From NCBI GenBank assembly GCA_038087875.1, contig CM075977.1:152148001-152212000 (forward strand): a DNA stretch of 64,000 nucleotides, given 5' to 3'. Positions 25,101 to 36,775 of this stretch are shown here, piece after piece; the stretch's first letter is position 1, and the number at the start of each line of letters is the position of its first letter. The position numbers and the translations under genes are program-made. The DNA is from Malacoraja senta (Eukaryota). The notes beneath the pieces were generated by a model that had not been told where the DNA came from, did not search any database, and saw only the letters and a program-made list of their open reading frames with translations.

Positions 25101-26316
25101 AATGGACTATGGCTTTTTTTTCCGAATATCAATGTTTGGCAATACAATCTGTACTTTCATTTATCCTCTCCCTCCTTTAAAAAAAATATTGGATTGTATT
25201 CGGTGCCATCCAATCTAAGGGTATTACTCCAGATTATGAACAATGTTGAAAAATATCTGCCAATGCACCTGTTATTTCTGATGCCATTTGCTGAAGTATT
25301 CATGGATACAATCAGGCTTTCGGCATGTTTTCGCCTTTACTATCCATAACACCATTTCCCTATTATTATTCCCTTTCGTTCATCCCTCTCACCTGTTCTT
25401 AGAATCTCTCACATTGCTGTTGGGATATTTTGTGGCTTCCTTTGTGAAAACAGACCCAAGAGTTTGTTCCAACAATCTCTTATTTATTTTTCCATGGTAA
25501 ATGTCCTTGTTTCTGGCTGAAAGCGTCATATAATTTATCCTTATGTTTTTCTTTCTCTTCACATTTCTATGGGGCTGTTCTCTGTTATTATTTTATGTCT
25601 CCTGCAAGCTAACTCATATTTATTTTCCTGCTTTTAATTAATTCCTCAGTCTTCAGTCTTCAGTCCTCAGGTTCACTCCTCCCTCAGGGCAATTAATATA
25701 CAGTGCCCTCCATAATGTTTGGGACAAAGACCCATCATACATTTATTTGCCTCTGTATTCCACAATTTAAGATTTGTAATTGAAAAAATCACATGTGGTT
25801 AAAATGCACATTGTCAGATTTTATTAAAGGGTATTTTTATACTTTGATTTCACCATGTAGAAATTACAGCTGTGTTTATACATAGTCCCCCCATTTCATG
25901 GCACCATAATGTTTGGGCTACATGGCTTCACAGGTGCTTGTAATTGCTCAGGTGTGTTTAATTGCCTCCTTAATGCAGGTATAAGAGAGCATCTAGTCTT
26001 TCCTCCAGTCTTTCCATCATCTTTGGAAACTTTTAATGCTGTTTATCAACATGAGGACCAAGGTTGTGCCAATGAAAGTCAAAGAAGCCATTATGAGACA
26101 GAGAAACAAGAACAAAACTATTAGTGACATCAGCCAAACCTTAGACTTACCAAAATCAACTATTCGGAACATCATTAAGAAGAAAGAGAGCACGGGTGAG
26201 CTTACTATTCGCAAAGGGACTGGCAGACCAAGGAAGATCTCCACAGCTGATGACAGAAGAATGATCTCTATAATAAAGAAAATCCCCAAACACCTGTCCG
26301 ACAGATCAGAAACACT

Positions 26317-29300
26317 ATAGTCATAGAAACATAGAAAATAAGTGCAGGAGGAGGCCATTCGGCCCCTTCGAGCCAGCTCCGCCATTCATTGTGATCATGG
26401 CTGATCGTCCCCAATCAATAACCCGTGCCTGCCTTCTCCCCATATCCCTTGATTCCACTAGCCCCTAGAGCTCTATCTAACTCTTTCTTAAATCCATCCA
26501 GTGATTTGGCCTCCACTGCCCTCTGTGGCAGGGAATTCCACAAATTCACAACTCACTGGGTGAAAACGTTTTTCTCACCTCAGTCTTAAATGGCCTCCCC
26601 TTTATTCTAAGACTGTGGCCCCTGGTTCTGGACTCGCCCAACATTGGGAACATTGTTCCTGCATCTAGCTTGTCCAGTCCTTTTATAATTTTATATGTTT
26701 CTATAAGATCCCCCTCATCCTTCTAAACTCCAGTGAATACAAGCTTAGTCTTTTCAATCTTTCCTCATATGACAGTCCCGCCATCCCAAGGATCAATCTC
26801 GTGAACCTACGCTGCACTGCCTCAATCACAAGGATGTCTTTCCTCAAATTAGGAGACCAATACTGTACACAATACTCCAGATGTAGTCTTACCAGAGCCC
26901 TATACACCTGCAGAAGAACCTCTCTACTCCTATACTGAAATCCTCTTGTTATGAAGGCCACCATTCCATTAGCTTTCTTCACTGCCTGCTGTACCTGCAC
27001 GCCAACTTTCAGTGACCGGTGTACAAGGACACCCAGGTCTCGCTGTACCTCCCCCTTACCTAATCTAACCCCATTGAGATAATAATCTGCCCCCTTGTTT
27101 TTGCCACCAAAGTGGATAACCTCACATTTATCTATATTATACTGCATCTGCCCACTCACTCAACCTGTCCAGGTCACCCTGCAACCTCCTAACATCCTCT
27201 TCACAGTTCACACTGCCACCCAGCTTTGTGTCATCCGCAAACTTGCTAGTGTTGCTCCTAATTCCCTCTTCCAAATCATTAATATATATGGTAAACAGTT
27301 GCGGCCCCAACACCGAGCCTTGCGGCACTCCACTCGCCACTGCCTGCCATTCTGAAAAGGACCCGTTCACTCCTACTCTTTGCTTCCGGTCTGCCAACCA
27401 ATTTTCTACCCATGTCAACACCCTACCCCCAATACCATGTGCTCTAATTTTAGTCACCAGTCTCCCGTGCGGGACCTTATCAAAGGCTTTCTGAAAGTCT
27501 AGATACACTACATCCACTGGCACCCCTTCATCCATTTTACTTGTCACATTCTCAAAAAATTCCAGAAGATTAGTCAAGCATGATTTTCCTTTCATAAATC
27601 CATGCTGACTTGGACTGAAGAAGGGTTTCGGCCCGAAACGTTGCCTATTTCCTTCGCTCCATAGATGCTGCTGCACACGCTGAGTTTCTCCAACATTTTT
27701 GTGTACCTCCTGACTTGGACTAATCCTTTTACTGCTACCCGAATGCCCCATTATTACCTCTTTAATAATTGACTCCAGCATCTTTCCCACCACCGAAGTC
27801 AGGCTAACTGGTCTGTAATTCCCCGTTTTCTCTCTCGCTCCTTTCTTGAAAAGTGGGATAACATTAGCTATCCTCCAATCCACAGGAACTGATCCTGAAT
27901 CTATTGAACATTGGAAAATGATCACCAATGTGTCCACTATTTCTAGAGCCACCTCCCTGAGGACCCTGGGATGCAGTCCGTCAGGCCCCGGGGATTTATC
28001 ATCCTTCAGTCCCATTAGCCTACCCAATACTATCTCTCGCCTAATGAAAATTTCTTTCAGTTCCTCGACTCCCTTAAATCCTCTGTCCTCCAGTACTTCT
28101 GGGAGATTGTTTGTGTCTTCCTTAGTGAAGACAGATCCGAAGTACCTGTTCAACTATTCTGCCATTTCCTTGTTCCCCATAATAATTGCACCCGTGTCTG
28201 CCTTCAAGGGACCCACATTTGACTTTGCTATTCTTATTCTTTTTCCCTTAACATATCTAAAGAAGCTTTTGCTGTCCTTTATATTCCTGGCCAGCTTCCC
28301 ATCGTACTTCATCTTTTCAGCCCGTATTGCCCGTTTTGTTTCCTTCTGTTGTCCTATGAAAGTTCCGGCTACTCTTTGCTGTGTTATACATCTTTTCTTT
28401 TAGTTTTATTCTATCCCTAACTTCTCTTGTCAGCCACGGTTGCCTCCTACTACCCTTAAAATCGTTCTTCCTTTTTGGAATGAAATGATCCTGTGTCTTC
28501 CGGATTATGCCCAGAAATTCCTGCCATTGCTGTTCCACCATCATTCCTGCTAGTATCCCTTTCCAGTCTACCTTGGCCAGCTCCTCTCTCATGCCTTCAT
28601 AATCCCCTTTGTTCAACTGCATCACTGCCACTTCCAATTTAACCTTCTTCTCAAATTGTAGATTAAAACTAATCATATTATGATCACTACCTCCAAGCGG
28701 TTCCTTTACCTCGAGTTCTCTTATCAAATTTGGTTCATTGGACAACACTAAATCCAGAATTGCCTTTTCTCTGGTCGGCTCCATTACAAGCTGCTCTAAG
28801 AATCCATCTCGGAGGCAATCTACAAACTCTCTTTCTTGGGGTCCTGAACCAACCTGATTTTCCCAGACTACCTGCATATTGAAATCCCCCATCACCACAG
28901 TGGCATTACCTTTGTTACATGCCAGTTTTAACTCCTGCTGCAACTTACACCCTACATCCGGGCTACTATTTTGGGGTCTGTAGATAACACCAATTAGTGT
29001 CTTCTCAACTCAATCCACAGTGACTCTACCTCGTCAGTCCCTATGTCTTCCCTCGCAAGGAACTGAATTCCATCCCTCACCAGCAGAGCTACCCACCCTC
29101 CTGCCCACCTGCCTGTCCTTTCTATAGGATGTATAACCTTGAATATTAAGTTCCCAGACCCGATCTTCCTGCAGCCACGTCTCGGTAATCCCCACAATGT
29201 CATATCTACCAACCTCTATCTGAGCCTCAAGCTCATCTACTTTACTTCTTATACTTCGTGCATTCAAATACAGTACTTTTAATTCCTTTACGCATCTCAC

Positions 29301-30130
29301 CATTCACATCGATCCCTACTACACTTGGCCACACTCTCCTATCCCTTTGTGAGCTTTCTTTCCCGTTAATTCTGGGATCATTAACTATCCCTTTACTCCC
29401 TTTCCCTTTAACTCTGTCCTTGAATATCCCATTTGACATCCCCCCCCCCCCCCCCTTATTTAGTTTAAAACCACCTGTGTCGCAGTGGCAAACCTGCCTG
29501 CCAGAATGCCGGTCCACCACCTGTTAAGGTGCAATCCGTCCCTTTTGTGCAGTTCCCCCTTACTCCAAAACAGATCCCAGTGGACTAAGAATCTAAATCC
29601 CTGCCCCCTGCACCTGTTTCCCAGCCACACATTCAGGTCCTGTATCTCCCTGTTCCTGCTCTCGCCAGCACGAGGAACTGGAAGCAAACCAGAGATAACC
29701 ACCCTGGGGGTCCTGCTTTTCAGCACTTTTCCGAGCTCTCTAAAGTCATGCTTCACGAAGCAGCCAGAGGCACCAGCGGTGTCCTTGACCTCCCACATAT
29801 TGCACTGAATCAGCTTGCCTGACATCTCCTTGTTTCGTCTCTCTCTCTCTCCAGCGATTTGCATAGCCTCAGCCTCCTTGCCGAAGACTCGCACTTTACT
29901 CACAAGGCCACTCCCTCACTGCCGCTCCCCTTGAGCAGCCTTGCTTATATTGACTGATAAATTGCCTAATTTACCAATTTACAAACCAAATTCCTCAGTT
30001 TTCAACTGTTTTCCTCCTCTGACACCTCTTTCTCTCCTCCCACACGGGCTTCAGCCTATCAGTGTTTCTTCCTGCTTCTCCTTGTTGCTACTTCTTCAAA
30101 ATCCACATAAGCTCTGTTAAGTCTGTCTGT
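26317..30130 (-). mobile_element. Near full-length CR1 LINE (ORF1 esterase, ORF2 endonuclease-RT) inserted in the Tc1 transposase
   Basis: ORF1 VVISGLLPVP...RDGLHLN; endonuclease YLNARSI, ITETWL, MGDFN, GSDHN; [29 protein letters not shown]; ttctatg tail; frameshifted. Confidence 0.93.
27617..27709 (+). mobile_element. 93-bp PLE tail with hammerhead motif inserted in CR1 ORF2; perfect 12-bp TSD
   Basis: ctgacttggact at 27605-27616 and 27710-27721; insert almost identical to 49565-49657. Confidence 0.9.
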
Positions 30131-33100
30131 CAGAGTCAGATGTGGATTTGTCAATGACCACTGTCCGCAGAAGACTTCATGAACAGAAATACAGAGGCTA
30201 CGCTGCAAGATGCAAACCACTGGTTAGCCGCAAAAATAGGATGGCCAGGTTACAGTTTGCCAAGAAATACTTAAAAGAGCAGCCACAGTTCTGAAAAAAA
30301 GTCTTGTGGACAGATGAGACGAAGATGAAATATCAGAGTGATAGCATGAGCAAAGTATGGAGGATAGAAGGAACTGCCCAGGATCCAAAGCATACCACCT
30401 CATCTGTGAAACACGGTGGTGGGGGTGTTATGGCCTGGGCATGTATGGCTTCTGAAAGTACTGGCTGACTTATCTTCATTGATGATACAACTGCTGATGG
30501 TAGTAGCATAATGAATTCTGAAGTGTACAGACACATCCTATCTGCTCAAGTTCAAACAAATGCCTCAAAACTCATTGGCTGGCGGTTCATTCTACAGCAA
30601 GACAATGATCCCAAACATTCTGCTAAAGCAACAAAGGATTTTTTCAAAGCTAAAAATGGTCAATTCTTGAGTGCCCAAGTCAATTACCCGATCTGAACCC
30701 AATTGAGCATGCATTTTTATATGCTGAAGAGAAAACTGAAGGGGACTAGCCCCCAAAACAAGCATAAGCAAAAGATGGCTGCAATACAGGCCTGGCAGAG
30801 CATCACCAGAGAAGACACCCAGCAACTGGTGATGTCCATGAATCGCAGACTTCAAGCAGTCATTGCATGCAAAGGATATGCAACAAAATACTAAACATAA
30901 CTACTTTCATGTACATGACATTGCTGTGTCCCAAACATTATGGTGCCCTGAAATGGGAGGACTATGTATAAACACTGCTGTAATTTCTACATGGTGAAAC
31001 CAAAATGTATAAAAATGGCCTTTATTAAAATCTGACAATGTGCACTTTAACCGCATGTGATTTTTTTCTATTACAAATCTCAAATTGTGAAGTACAGAGG
31101 TAAATAAATAAATGATGGGTCTTTGTCCCAAACATTATGGAGGGCACTGTACCTTCTTTGGAATCCACTACTATCCTAATTTCTCTTATTACAACTGGTT
31201 AAATCACCCTTCCTGTTTTATTCTTATCCCAGATAGGACTGAAGAATTGTGGTAGATCATCCATTTGTTCCTTAGTTGTCATTGATAATCTACCATCATC
31301 GCATAAATGACATTCTCCAATGTAATCTTGCCAACAATTTCCTCGTATCAATATAGTTTTATTTAGATTCAGGATCCTATTCTCACAATCCACTGCGTCA
31401 CTCTCCATTTTAATGTAGAATTCCATCATATGCTGATCATTGCTCCCCATTCCAGTCTAGGATGGCTTGCTCACTAGTTTGTTCCTCAAGATTTTGGTCC
31501 AGATATCCATTATGTGTGCACTCCAGGAATTCATCCTTCTTCCTCCTCCACAGTATTGTTATTAATCTGGTTAGCCCAATTCACGTGTTGATTAAAGTCA
31601 TGCATAATTACATTTGTAGGCTTATTGCATACATTTCTAATTTCTTGTTTATTGCCATCATCAAAAATCACCAAAAATAATTTGAACCTCTGAATATAAC
31701 CCCCATTGGAGTTTTCTGCCCATTGGTATTTCTTGGCATTGCCCATACAGATTTCACATCATCAAAACTGATACCCTTTCTCACTAGTGTGTTAATCTCC
31801 TCTCTGAACATCAATATTAAGTCACTTCCTCTTCTTTATTGCTTGTGTTTTGTAAATGCAGTACACCCATGGATGTTCAGTTCCTTGTTCCTTCTGCTGC
31901 TTTATCCCATAATCCCATTCACAATATATTAATGGTTCTTTATTGTCATTTATGCACAGCACAGTGAAATTCCTTTGCACAGTCGCCACAATTTTGGCGC
32001 CGGTTAAAATAAACAAAAACATAGAAAACACGGACAGTCCAAAGTCTAATCCACATGTTCGAAGTCCTGGAGTGCCCTGATCCAGGAAGCCAGCAGACCT
32101 GCGTCCCTCTCTGCTGACTACCCTGTGCTGCGGGAGGGCGTATCCTGCAGCTGACCTTGAAGACGCTGGTAGTAATACCCTGGTCTCTCTCTTGCCAGTC
32201 CACTCCTCGCATCCATGAAACCAGAGGCTCCCTCTTCGACTCTCCGATCTTCGGTCATCAAAACTTTTGATTTTTATTTGTGCAATTAATCCCTCCATCA
32301 TATTGCAAATGTTCTTCACATAAAACATAGTGCCTACATCCTTGACTTTGTGACATCCTCAGTTCCCATAGCATTATATTGTACTGCAGCCTCATTTGCA
32401 TTTTCTACCCTGGTTTCTCTGTTTTTTTCTAATTTCTTCTTTCTCTTGACTGTACACAAAGTTGTCTGCACCGTGCAGACGTTAATGCTTTATTTTATGA
32501 ATTCTGCGTGCCCTGCTCCAAATTATTTATTCTATCACTTCATCTAGATAAAACCATAAAGTTTTTTTCATTCCAGTGTTCAGCAAGCTTTCCCAGACAA
32601 GCACCTTTGGTCCATTTATTTTCTTACTGTGAAATGAATTTTATATTTTCCAAGGCCGATGGTCTCTTACCATGCTAAAATATCTGTGATTTAAACAAAT
32701 TTGTATAGCAACTGAATTTGGACCACGTCTAGGATACATTTCCAGGCCTGACCATTTCTTATATATAATCCCAAGCACTAAAAATGACAGAGGTTTACAC
32801 TTTATAAACTGTCTGGTCTTCATCTGTTCACCTTTCATCTTTCTCAAAATTTCTACCCATTGTCTGAAGACATGAGAATTTATTTTCTTTGGGAGGAAAG
32901 TAATGGGCAAGGTTAAGCAAGAATTTTGTCTGCAGCTGTAAGTGACCGAGACAGGATAAAAATCTAATTTGTGGTTAAGCTGGCAAATGTTTCAATGAAT
33001 TATGTGTTCCAACCTGGCATATGCTCAGCCTGTCAGCTGGGAAGCCTGTGGAAGTTCATACTGCTCTCTTGATTCCACAAGGACTTCATAGACAAGTACT

Positions 33101-33620
33101 CCCAACTTAGTCTTGTGCCAGCAGTGAAACCCAGACCACAGATATATCCTGGAAAGTATTAAATTGTGTTTTCAGAAATAAAACCTGAACAGAAATAACA
33201 GTGCTCTACCAGTGATGTATATTCAATTTGTATTCTTTCCCATGTCAGAACAATTTCATTTTATGTTACTATTGGCTTTTTTACTCTGGTCTCTATCTGT
33301 TAAAACAAGTGGATTAAATGCCATTCAGTTTCTAACTAAACCTAACCTCACATACTTCCTGATTCTTAAATATATTTACTAATTCTGGAGAATTCTAGTG
33401 ACTTTGAGTCATGAACAGAAACATTTATATCCGTAAAATTATTAATTGAATCATCTAGATAAATGTCAAAAGTGCTTAGTTCGAACAAGGAATCCCACAA
33501 ATAAGCAAACACTTAAAACCATTTGCAGGTTGGATGTCAGAAATATTTGTGTTAAAATGGAATGAAATTTCATGAATGTGTAATGAATGTGCAATTTGTT
33601 GATATGATTTCATATTTTAG

Positions 33621-33692
33621 CTGAATACCAGTTGCTGTGTGGAAATCAAGGTCCTGGCTATACCATTGACTTTGGAACTGGAAAACCAATTG
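33621..33692 (+). CDS. FBN3: Fibrillin exon, TB5 second part (exon-42 equivalent); last exon before the 200-N gap
   Basis: tttag|...|gtaagt; 72 bp; (S)EYQLLCGNQGPGYTIDFGTGKPI. Confidence 0.9.
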
Positions 33693-33714
33693 GTAAGTGG
33701 AGAGATTCCTTTGT

Positions 33715-33835
33715 CCTGCCACACCCCTTTTCCAGTTTTCTTCTCCCTCCCTACAATCAGTCCAAAGAAGGGTCTCAGCCCAAAACGTCACCAATCCATG
33801 TTCTCCAGAGATGCAGCCTGCAGTTCATTGGCATT
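33715..33835 (+). mobile_element. Degenerate PLE 3' tail
   Basis: ccaaagaagggtctcagcccaaaacgtcacc...agagatgcagcctg. Confidence 0.65.
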
Positions 33836-34719
33836 TCTTTGTTTCTACATTCTCCCATGTTACATGTGCCCAAAGGTCCTTTTAAAATATTTTACTTTGC
33901 ACAAAATATATTTCAGGGGAATCTATGGTTAATTGTAAATCAAGAACACATACAACATGTAATTCCCACACCAATAGTCGCAGTATGCTTCTATGTTGTT
34001 CGTTATATCAATATCCCAGTGATGAGGTAGGAGGATAAATTACAGGAAGTGAACACTACTCCAAAAATCAAAGCACAGGAAAGTCGTAAACCCAATTTAT
34101 TCTTAAACCTGTTGTTAGGAACAGCGTGGGCTTACTCTGAACTTCTGAGGCCTAGCCGGGCACCAAATTGTATTGAATTAGGCACAGTATAAAAACAAAT
34201 GTTCAATAAGAGGTCAAGTGCTGCCTCCATGTGTGAGGTTGAAACTTGGGTGTCTAATATCTGTGACCACTGCTAGTAGGACTTGTGTGAAGTGGATTTT
34301 AAAATATTATGTTGAAGTACCTTGTTTTAGGGTTTAACTTATTTCCCCTTGTTTCATTTTTGTTTCATTTTAAATATGTAATCAGTAATGCTCTAAACAT
34401 GAATATCTGTGTAAGTATAATCCTTGATAATTGTTTGAGATTATTTACTTGGAGCAAAATGGCTGAAATTGTTTGTAAAGATTGGAGAGCAGTCTTGTAA
34501 TATGTCCTTCGTCTGCCTTGCTACCTTCAACTTGGCAGCACAGCCTTTGCTCGGTTGAGGGGCAAAGATTTAAAGATCAAGTCCTCGGTCCAAAATCAAA
34601 ACTCATTCCCTACTTGTGGACTCTCCTTTATACTTCTGCAACTAGAGTACCTACAGCAGGCATCTCATGGCACTGGAAAAATATCATCAATGCAATGGAA
34701 GGATAAGTGAACCATCATC

Positions 34720-35130
34720 TATGTTCTACATAGAACATAGTATAGCACAGGAATAGGCCCTTCCGCCCACAATATCTGTGCCGAACATGATGCCAAGTCC
34801 AACTCTTATCTGCCTGCACATTATCCATATCCCTCCATTCCCTACATATCCTTCTTTCCCAGTGCCTACTTAGACAGCGATGTTGGGAACACCATGTCAT
34901 TCACAGGTACGTGGACAGTAAAAGTCTAGAGGGATATAGGCCAATTGCAAGCAAGTGGGACTGGCTTGGATGAGGCATCTTGATTGCCATGGAAGAGCTG
35001 GACCCAAGGCCACTTTTCCATGCTCTGTGACTGCTCGACGTGGATAAAGAGTAGATAGAACATAGATGTACATATCCCTCCACTCCCTGCATATCACACC
35101 TGGATATTTCTTAAATGCCACTGTCATATC
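34720..35130. mobile_element. Cluster of CR1 3'-end fragments in both orientations
   Basis: catagaacatag tail and CR1 3' UTR motifs. Confidence 0.65.
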
Positions 35131-35492
35131 CTAATTCAGGATTGTATTGGGAACATTGAGACCATGTATCAAAGGCATGCAGAAACACGCTTAAGTGGTT
35201 GAATGAGTAGACCGCCTCACAAGCTCCCTAACCGCCTGCCTCATCAGTGATGGGGTCTGCAGTTTCTAGATTGGCCTCAATAACCACATTAGAAACAACA
35301 AGAACCAGAGTAGAAGCAAGTCATCCATGATCCTGATCAAGATTACACTGAGGAGATTACTCAGAAGGCTGACTATTGTGTTGCACAACACAAATAGTAA
35401 TTCACACTTAGAGGCATGGGGAGTTGGTTTCATTTATTTTAGAATTAGAGCAGCTTCAGCTAGGTGAAATAAAGAAACAGTTTTAAGCTTTA

Positions 35493-35600
35493 CTAGACCA
35501 ATTGCAGACCCGTTGGGTCTGCTCCCCCAACGCACCCATCTCCTACCGGTAGCCTCCACGGGAGGTGTGGTCCTCCACTCAACCCGTTGCCGAAGGTAAG
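35493..35600 (-). mobile_element. Helitron-like 3' terminus
   Basis: Minus strand: hairpin GCAGACCC-AAC-GGGTCTGC, 7 nt, then CTAG followed by T; 5' limit not determined. Confidence 0.6.
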
Positions 35601-35888
35601 ATTCGGAAGACTCAGCAAAGATCATAGCTCGTGAGCCTCCCCCGGCACTGGAGTTGAAAAAAAATCCCAATTGCAATACCAATTGACCCTCCCCCTCCTG
35701 TCCTGCCAGGAGCTATGATGGCGACATTGTTGCAAATGTGCACTTGCTCTGAGATGCCATTGAGCTGAAAAGTTCAGAGTTCCTGCCAGATTTCCTGTCT
35801 TGCAACTTTGTATCGAAGTGTGTTGGAAGCTCTGAGAAATGATTTTTATTGGAAAAACCATTTTAAATCCAAAGTTTTATCAGATCTT

Positions 35889-36088
35889 NNNNNNNNNNNN
35901 NNNNNNNNNNNNNNNNNNNNNNNNNNNNNNNNNNNNNNNNNNNNNNNNNNNNNNNNNNNNNNNNNNNNNNNNNNNNNNNNNNNNNNNNNNNNNNNNNNNN
36001 NNNNNNNNNNNNNNNNNNNNNNNNNNNNNNNNNNNNNNNNNNNNNNNNNNNNNNNNNNNNNNNNNNNNNNNNNNNNNNNNNNNNNNNN
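35889..36088. other. Assembly gap (exactly 200 N) at which fibrillin exon order resets
   Basis: Run of N; round size typical of an unsized scaffolding join. Confidence 0.98.
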
Positions 36089-36206
36089 GTAAAAATTATA
36101 AATGGTCCCTAGTGTGTAGCATAGCGTTGGGGTTCGTGGTGATCACTGGTCAGTTGGACTTGGTGGGCTGAAGGCCTTCTTCAGCGCTGTATCTCTAGAG
36201 TCTAAA
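36089..36206 (+). mobile_element. 3' end of an HE1/V-SINE-like element truncated by the gap
   Basis: Matches 51099-51205 (ccctagtgtgt...gctgtatctcta). Confidence 0.7.
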
Positions 36207-36628
36207 GATAGAAAACTAACAAGTTTCTTGTAAAAGTTAAAATTAAACTTATGAATAAAGGTAGTATATTTAAAGGTTTAAAATGGAAATAGCTGTGAAC
36301 AGTTTGATAACAACTAGGCTGCAACAATAGTAGGACTCTAAAAGCCTGTTACCTTGATGTTCCCACGAGAAAACAGGAATAAAAGTTAGTTTATCAAGCT
36401 CTTTTCTTGCAGACCTTACATAATTACCATTGTTAAACTCTCTTTGGTCCATTTAATTTTTGAGATAGTTCCAACTTCCTCTTGGCTAGCACGTGATGTG
36501 AAATATCCTCTTATCTCCTCCACAAAGCAATGATTGGAAAACTGCCGGGCAAAATCCAATCCACTTTGGAATCTGTGTTGAGGTTGAGAAGTGCTTTATT
36601 TATGTGTTACGATGGGAATTTGTTCCAG

Positions 36629-36775
36629 GTACTTTTACCATTAATCAAACAAAACTGGACATCTGTAAGCACTTCATCAATCTCTGCAAGAATGGACGGT
36701 GTATTCTCACACCCACTGGTCACCGCTGTGAATGTAACATGGGCTTTAAGGAAGATGTACCTGGAGAATGTGTTG
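36629..36775 (+). CDS. FBN3: Fibrillin exon, non-calcium EGF4 (exon-11 equivalent); first exon after the gap
   Basis: tccag|...|gtaaga; 147 bp; GTFTINQTKLDICKHFINLCKNGRCILTPTGHRCECNMGFKEDVPGECV; acceptor position less certain. Confidence 0.85.

Larger units (their letters stand above)
25701..31149 (+). mobile_element. Tc1 DD34E DNA transposon with ~220-bp IR/DR termini; transposase disrupted
   Basis: TA|cagtgccctccataatgtttgggacaaag ... ctttgtcccaaacattatggagggcactg|TA; inner direct repeat ccataatgtttggg; HTH region 26051-26316; WTDETK, QQDNDPKH and PDLNPIEH in 30131-30894, with 34 residues between D and E after repairing one frameshift. Confidence 0.93.
25170..32350 (-). mobile_element. Old CR1 ORF2 remnant split by the Tc1 insertion
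   Basis: 25200-25690 parallels 27880-28330, and 31152-31930 continues in register with 28400-29100 (MHDFNQHVNWANQI versus MGDFNMQVVWENQV). Confidence 0.6.

Noticed and set aside
31930-32260. GC-richer insert with a retroposon-like tail (gacaataaa on the minus strand) and a 168-aa ORF
   Set aside because: Probably a repeat, but family and boundaries could not be supported, and the ORF crosses element boundaries.
33621-36775. Retro-inserted circular RNA as the cause of the exon permutation
   Set aside because: All introns are present, so the permutation is at the DNA or assembly level.
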